From: an uncultured Nitrospinota bacterium
GTDB taxonomy: Bacteria; Tectomicrobia; Entotheonellia; J063; CAVPRW01
DNA length: 64,000 nt
Direction of reading: 5' to 3'
NCBI GenBank assembly: GCA_963707985.1
Contig: CAVPRW010000031.1
Location: 256,001 to 320,000 of the forward strand
How positions within the stretch are numbered: the stretch's first letter is position 1; each line of letters begins with the position of its first letter. This document shows positions 59,831 through 64,000 of the stretch, piece by piece. Both the position numbers and the translations under genes were made by a program. Below the pieces are notes generated by a model. The model worked only from the letters and a program-made list of their open reading frames with translations. It did no database searches and was not told the DNA's origin.

Positions 59831-62722
59831 ATGGACACATCGACTCTGGGCCGCTTGCTAATCGTCGATGACGAAGTCGAGCTCAAGACCGCCTTATGTG
59901 AAACGTTGTCAGCGCAAGGCTATGACGTGGTAGGGACAACGTCGCCGACGGAGGCCTTGCAAGTCATGCAAGACCAGGATTTCGACCTCCTCCTGGCCGA
60001 TTTGATGATGCCCGAGATGGATGGTGTGGCACTCCTCCGCGCCGCGCTAGCTATCGACCCGTCGCTGGTGGGCATCATCATGACCGGCCAGGGCACGGTG
60101 CAGACGGCAGTGGAGGCGATGCAGGCTGGCGCCTTCGATTACCTCCTGAAGCCATTTAGATTGCAGACCCTCCTGCTCACCCTATCGCGCGCCCTAGACG
60201 TCCACCGGCTGCGCCAGGAAAATCTCCTGCTCCGGGAGACAGTAGCGCTTTACGAATTGAGTCGGACGATCGAGTTTACCTTGGATTTGAAAACCATCTT
60301 GGAGAAGACCGCAGACGCGGCCCTTCAGCAATGCGAGGCCGAGGAGATTTCCATCATGTTGCCGACGCCTGCGGGCAACGAGCTCTGGATAGCGGCGGTG
60401 CGTGGCATGCACCATCAAGCCCTGTCAGGCAAATGCGTGCCGATCGACCAAGGGATTGCGGGTTGGGTCGCGCGTCACCGCGAGCCGCTGCTCTTACACG
60501 GTGAGGTCAAAGACTTACGTTTCGCGCCCGCCCGCGCCCGCCCAGAGATCCAGTCCGCCATTTCCTTGCCCCTGCTGCTCGGAGGTCAATTGGTCGGCGT
60601 CTTGAACGTGAACTCACTCCGCCACCGCCGCTTTACACCTGGAGACATCAAAGCTTTGACGCTGATCGCGAATACTGCGATCAGCGCCCTCGAAGCCGTC
60701 AGGCTCTATAACGAGGTCAAGCAAGCCGAGGAACAATACCGCATGATCTTCGAAAATGCCGCCGAGGGCATCTACCAGAGCACACCCGAGGGGCGCTTCA
60801 TCACCGTCAACCCTGCTATGGTGCGTATGTTGGGCTATGAGTCGAGCACGGAGATGATAGCCGCCATCACCAGTATCGACCACCAATTGTATGTGGATCC
60901 AACTCAAGGCCGGCAGTTCCGGCAATGGCTCGAAGCACATGGGGTGGTGCAGGGCTTCGAGATGCAGCTATGCCGTAAAGACACGAGCGTCATATGGGTC
61001 TCTGTCAATAGTCGGGCTGTACGTGAGGCCAGCGGTGCCCTACGGTACTATGAGGGCACCGCTGAAGACATCACCGCACGCAAACAGGTGGAGGAGTTGC
61101 TTGAAGCCCGTGGCCGCCAACAGGCTGCTATTGCCGACCTGGGCAAACATGCCCTCGCCTATACCGACCTTGCTTTGTTGATGGGCGATGTGGTCAGCCT
61201 CGTCGCGCAGACACTCGAGATGGAATATTGTGGGGTGTTCGAACTGCTCCCGAACCGCAGCATGGTGTTGCGTGCAGGTGTGGGTTGGGAGCAAGGAGCC
61301 GTGGGTCACGCCATCGTCGACGCCAGTGCCGAGTCCCTCGCGGGCTACATCCTGGGCGCTGACCAGCCGGTGGTCGTCGAGAACCTGTCCACCGACACGC
61401 GATTCCGCAACGCCTCATGGCTTGACGACCATGGAGCGGCCAGCGGCATGAGCGTCATCATCCATGGACAGAGCCGAGTATTTGGCGTCCTAGAAGCACA
61501 TACCGCCCGAAACCGAGCGTACACCACCGATGAGGTCTACTTTCTCCATGCGGTCGCCCACGTGTTGGCCACCGCAGTTGAACGCATGCGCACGGAGGCT
61601 GCACTTCGCCAAACCGACAAACTGGCGACCATGGGTTCGCTGCTGGCCGAGGTGGCGCATGAGTTGAATAATCCCCTAACCATCGTCCTTGGCCAGACCG
61701 AGTTGCTCCTCGGGGTGTGTCCACCAGGCCCCATCACGGACCGGGCCAACCAACTCCACAAGGCAGCAGATCGTTGTGCACGCATCGTCAAGAGCTTCCT
61801 GGCTCTTGCTCGCCAGCACCCTCCCGAGCGGCAGCAGGTTCAGCTCGATCAGATTGCTCGGGAAGCCGTCGAGCTGCTAGCGTACCCGTTGCGAGTGGAT
61901 AATGTCGAGATCGTCTGGGATTTGACCGATCGGCTCCCGCAGATTTGGGCCGACTCTCATATGCTGTACCAAGTAATGGTGAATCTCATCGCCAACGCCC
62001 AACAAGCCATGCATAACGGCTCTCCACAGCGGCGTATAACCATCACCACCCGTGTCGAGGCGTCCTCAGGGGGCGTCATCCTCATAGTGGCTGATACAGG
62101 GCCTGGCATTCCAGCTGAGCTACAGCCACGTATTTTCGAGCCCTTTTTCACCACCAAGCCTCCTGGGCAAGGCACCGGCTTGGGTCTCTCGCTCTGTCAG
62201 GGCATCATCGCTAGTCATGGGGGTACGATACGCGTGGAAAGCCCGCCGGGGCGTGGGGCTGCTTTTGTTGTCGAACTGCCTGTGGGAACTCATCCGACAG
62301 AGACTGCGACACCGAGCCATGCACCTGGAATGCAGCCGCCGGTCACGCAAAAACACATCCTCATTCTCGATGATGAGGCAGAGGTGGTGGAAACCCTGGC
62401 GGAGTTACTGTCTATCGACGCCCATCTCGTGGATATAGCCACCACTGGCGCTATGGCGTTGGACAAGCTGCAGAAACACAGCTACGATCTCATCCTCAGC
62501 GATCTGCGCATGCCGGAGACCGACGGACCTGCCTTCTACCGAGCATTACGGCATAACCATCCGGCCTTATGTGAACGCGTGGTCTTCTTAACGGGGGATA
62601 GGCTGAGCCCAGAGTTCCGTTCCTTCCTAGAGCAAACGGCTGTACCTACGCTAGGGAAGCCCGTGACGCTGATGGAACTCCGGAGAGCTGTGCAGCAGGT
62701 GTTACAACGTAGGGGTCAATGA
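59831..62722 (+). CDS. Hybrid kinase REC-GAF-PAS-GAF-HisKA-HATPase-REC
   Basis: LIVDDE/DLMMP/KPF receiver; two GAF domains; FENA.EGI..STPEGR PAS; AHELNNP; C-terminal ILDDE/DLRMP/KP. Confidence 0.92.
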   Translation: MDTSTLGRLLIVDDEVELKTALCETLSAQGYDVVGTTSPTEALQVMQDQDFDLLLADLMMPEMDGVALLRAALAIDPSLVGIIMTGQGTVQTAVEAMQAGAFDYLLKPFRLQTLLLTLSRALDVHRLRQENLLLRETVALYELSRTIEFTLDLKTILEKTADAALQQCEAEEISIMLPTPAGNELWIAAVRGMHHQALSGKCVPIDQGIAGWVARHREPLLLHGEVKDLRFAPARARPEIQSAISLPLLLGGQLVGVLNVNSLRHRRFTPGDIKALTLIANTAISALEAVRLYNEVKQAEEQYRMIFENAAEGIYQSTPEGRFITVNPAMVRMLGYESSTEMIAAITSIDHQLYVDPTQGRQFRQWLEAHGVVQGFEMQLCRKDTSVIWVSVNSRAVREASGALRYYEGTAEDITARKQVEELLEARGRQQAAIADLGKHALAYTDLALLMGDVVSLVAQTLEMEYCGVFELLPNRSMVLRAGVGWEQGAVGHAIVDASAESLAGYILGADQPVVVENLSTDTRFRNASWLDDHGAASGMSVIIHGQSRVFGVLEAHTARNRAYTTDEVYFLHAVAHVLATAVERMRTEAALRQTDKLATMGSLLAEVAHELNNPLTIVLGQTELLLGVCPPGPITDRANQLHKAADRCARIVKSFLALARQHPPERQQVQLDQIAREAVELLAYPLRVDNVEIVWDLTDRLPQIWADSHMLYQVMVNLIANAQQAMHNGSPQRRITITTRVEASSGGVILIVADTGPGIPAELQPRIFEPFFTTKPPGQGTGLGLSLCQGIIASHGGTIRVESPPGRGAAFVVELPVGTHPTETATPSHAPGMQPPVTQKHILILDDEAEVVETLAELLSIDAHLVDIATTGAMALDKLQKHSYDLILSDLRMPETDGPAFYRALRHNHPALCERVVFLTGDRLSPEFRSFLEQTAVPTLGKPVTLMELRRAVQQVLQRRGQ

Positions 62723-62778
62723 AACCGCGAGGCTGGCCTTGCCGCCGAGATCGCTGCTCTGCCCCCGTTCATCAGGCT

Positions 62779-63738
62779 TCAAAACCACCGGGCACGTCGC
62801 ATCCAAAGCCACATACCAGCGGGGATGAGCGCCATCGCAACCAACGCCAGCACCAGGGCCCAGAGGCTTCGGAACGGGAGCTGTTCGAAGTTCATCCCGA
62901 AGAAACCGGTCAGGAAGGTCAACGGCATGAAAATTGTCGCCACCGCCGTCAAGCGTTTCATCACCTGGTTCAAGGTGTTGGAGATATGCGACAAATGTAC
63001 CTCCAGCGCGTTGGACAGCCGCTCGCGTTGCGTCTCCACCAACTCATAGACGCGGGCTGTATGGTCGTAGAGGTCGCGGAAATAGAGCAGGTGCGACTCT
63101 TGAATGAGCGGTAGATGGCGGTTCAGCATGGCGTTGAACACATCGCGCATGGGGCCAATGGCGCGGCGCATGTCGATGAGGATATTGCGACGACGGAAAA
63201 TCAGCGGTTGCACCGACTCGGGCTGCGGTGTGAAGATGCACTCCTCGATCTCATCGATCCCCTCCTCGAACTGGTCAACCAGCGCAAAAAACGTATCGAC
63301 CACCGCATCAGCGACCGCATATAGTACAAAGTCGGCGCCACGCTGCATGAGGTCTGGCGCCTGATGCATGCGCTGCCAGACGGCGGCGATGGCGGGGCTA
63401 TCCTGATCCTCAACGGTGACGAGACAGTGCGCCATGAGGAAGCAGTGAATCTCGGTGGTCTCCAGTGTGTCCTGTTCCCAGGACAGCGCGAACAGCACCA
63501 GGAACGCATAGCCATCATAGGGCTCGAACTTCGGCCGCTGATTGCGATTCCGGCAATCCTCAATGGTCAGTGGATGGAAAGCATATGTGTCCTGAAGCCA
63601 CAAAAGATCGGCGTCGGTGGGAGCCAGACAGCGCACCCAGGTGATCGCCTCGGTGGATTGGCGTAGGGAGGGGAGCTCATCCGGCTTCACCTCCCGCGAT
63701 GGTTCCCCGGCTTTAGGCAATGTGAGGATGCTGAGCAT
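62779..63738 (-). CDS. corA: CorA magnesium/cobalt transporter
   Basis: HPLTIED, QRPK.E, YFRD.YDH, N.VMK.LT...TIFMPLTF.TG.FGMNF. Confidence 0.95.
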   Translation of the reverse strand: MLSILTLPKAGEPSREVKPDELPSLRQSTEAITWVRCLAPTDADLLWLQDTYAFHPLTIEDCRNRNQRPKFEPYDGYAFLVLFALSWEQDTLETTEIHCFLMAHCLVTVEDQDSPAIAAVWQRMHQAPDLMQRGADFVLYAVADAVVDTFFALVDQFEEGIDEIEECIFTPQPESVQPLIFRRRNILIDMRRAIGPMRDVFNAMLNRHLPLIQESHLLYFRDLYDHTARVYELVETQRERLSNALEVHLSHISNTLNQVMKRLTAVATIFMPLTFLTGFFGMNFEQLPFRSLWALVLALVAMALIPAGMWLWMRRARWF

Positions 63739-64000
63739 TGACGACTCCCAGACCTATGTCACCTGCGCCAATATCGACCTGCACTAGCGAGTCCCAAGAC
63801 GCATGTCTCCCCGATTTCGTGAGCCAAGTCTTGCGGACGCCGCTGCGTTAACGGGCTCAGTACCGGTCCTCTTCCTATTCCTGTAAGTACTTGGCGAACC
63901 AGCCTTTGGTTTTCTCCCAGGCATCCTGGGCGGCCTCGGGATGATACGAAGCGCGCTCGTCACAGAAAAATCCATGGTCGGCGCCGGCATACACCTTGAT

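Noticed and set aside
9175..63563. Numerous long antisense or alternate-frame ORFs overlapping assigned genes
   Set aside because: They are expected shadow ORFs in GC-rich DNA, with no recognisable motifs or RBS.
1..64000. tRNA, rRNA, IS transposase or integrase genes
   Set aside because: None recognised by eye; a tRNAscan/Infernal/HMM run would be needed to exclude them formally.

Overview
GC-rich bacterial chromosomal window with four zones. (1) 1-5.9 kb: an eroding integron gene-cassette array with no integrase in the window. It has 4 complete and 4 half attC sites and is dominated by toxin-antitoxin (TA) cassettes: HicAB-like, DUF4160/DUF2442, VapBC, MazEF, plus an uncharacterised coupled two-gene cassette that looks like a new TA pair. 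(2) 5.9-20.8 kb: metabolic and transport genes (TenA-like, PhzF-like, class III aminotransferase, P-type ATPase, Usp, EamA, VOC, LLM monooxygenase, P450, DUF1800, NHL-repeat protein, XRE-cupin regulator). (3) ~20.8-49.1 kb: a general-stress/desiccation island bounded by plasmid/phage relics (ParA fragment plus ParG-like gene; RHH plus OB-fold gene). It carries csbD-like genes, hflKC, an atypical dps, an AraC regulator, PRC-barrel, AI-2E transporter, glgX, treZ, catalase, a BON protein and Hsp20. Four of its transcription units share a near-identical 68-bp AraC-type operator/promoter module. (4) 49.4-64 kb: metH, argC, an MFS transporter, a globin-coupled stressosome operon (rsbR-rsbS-rsbT-rsbX-like) wired to two histidine kinases, and corA. 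Six single-base insertions breaking or fusing conserved genes are probably sequencing/assembly errors. All family assignments come from recognising motifs by eye; no database search was run.
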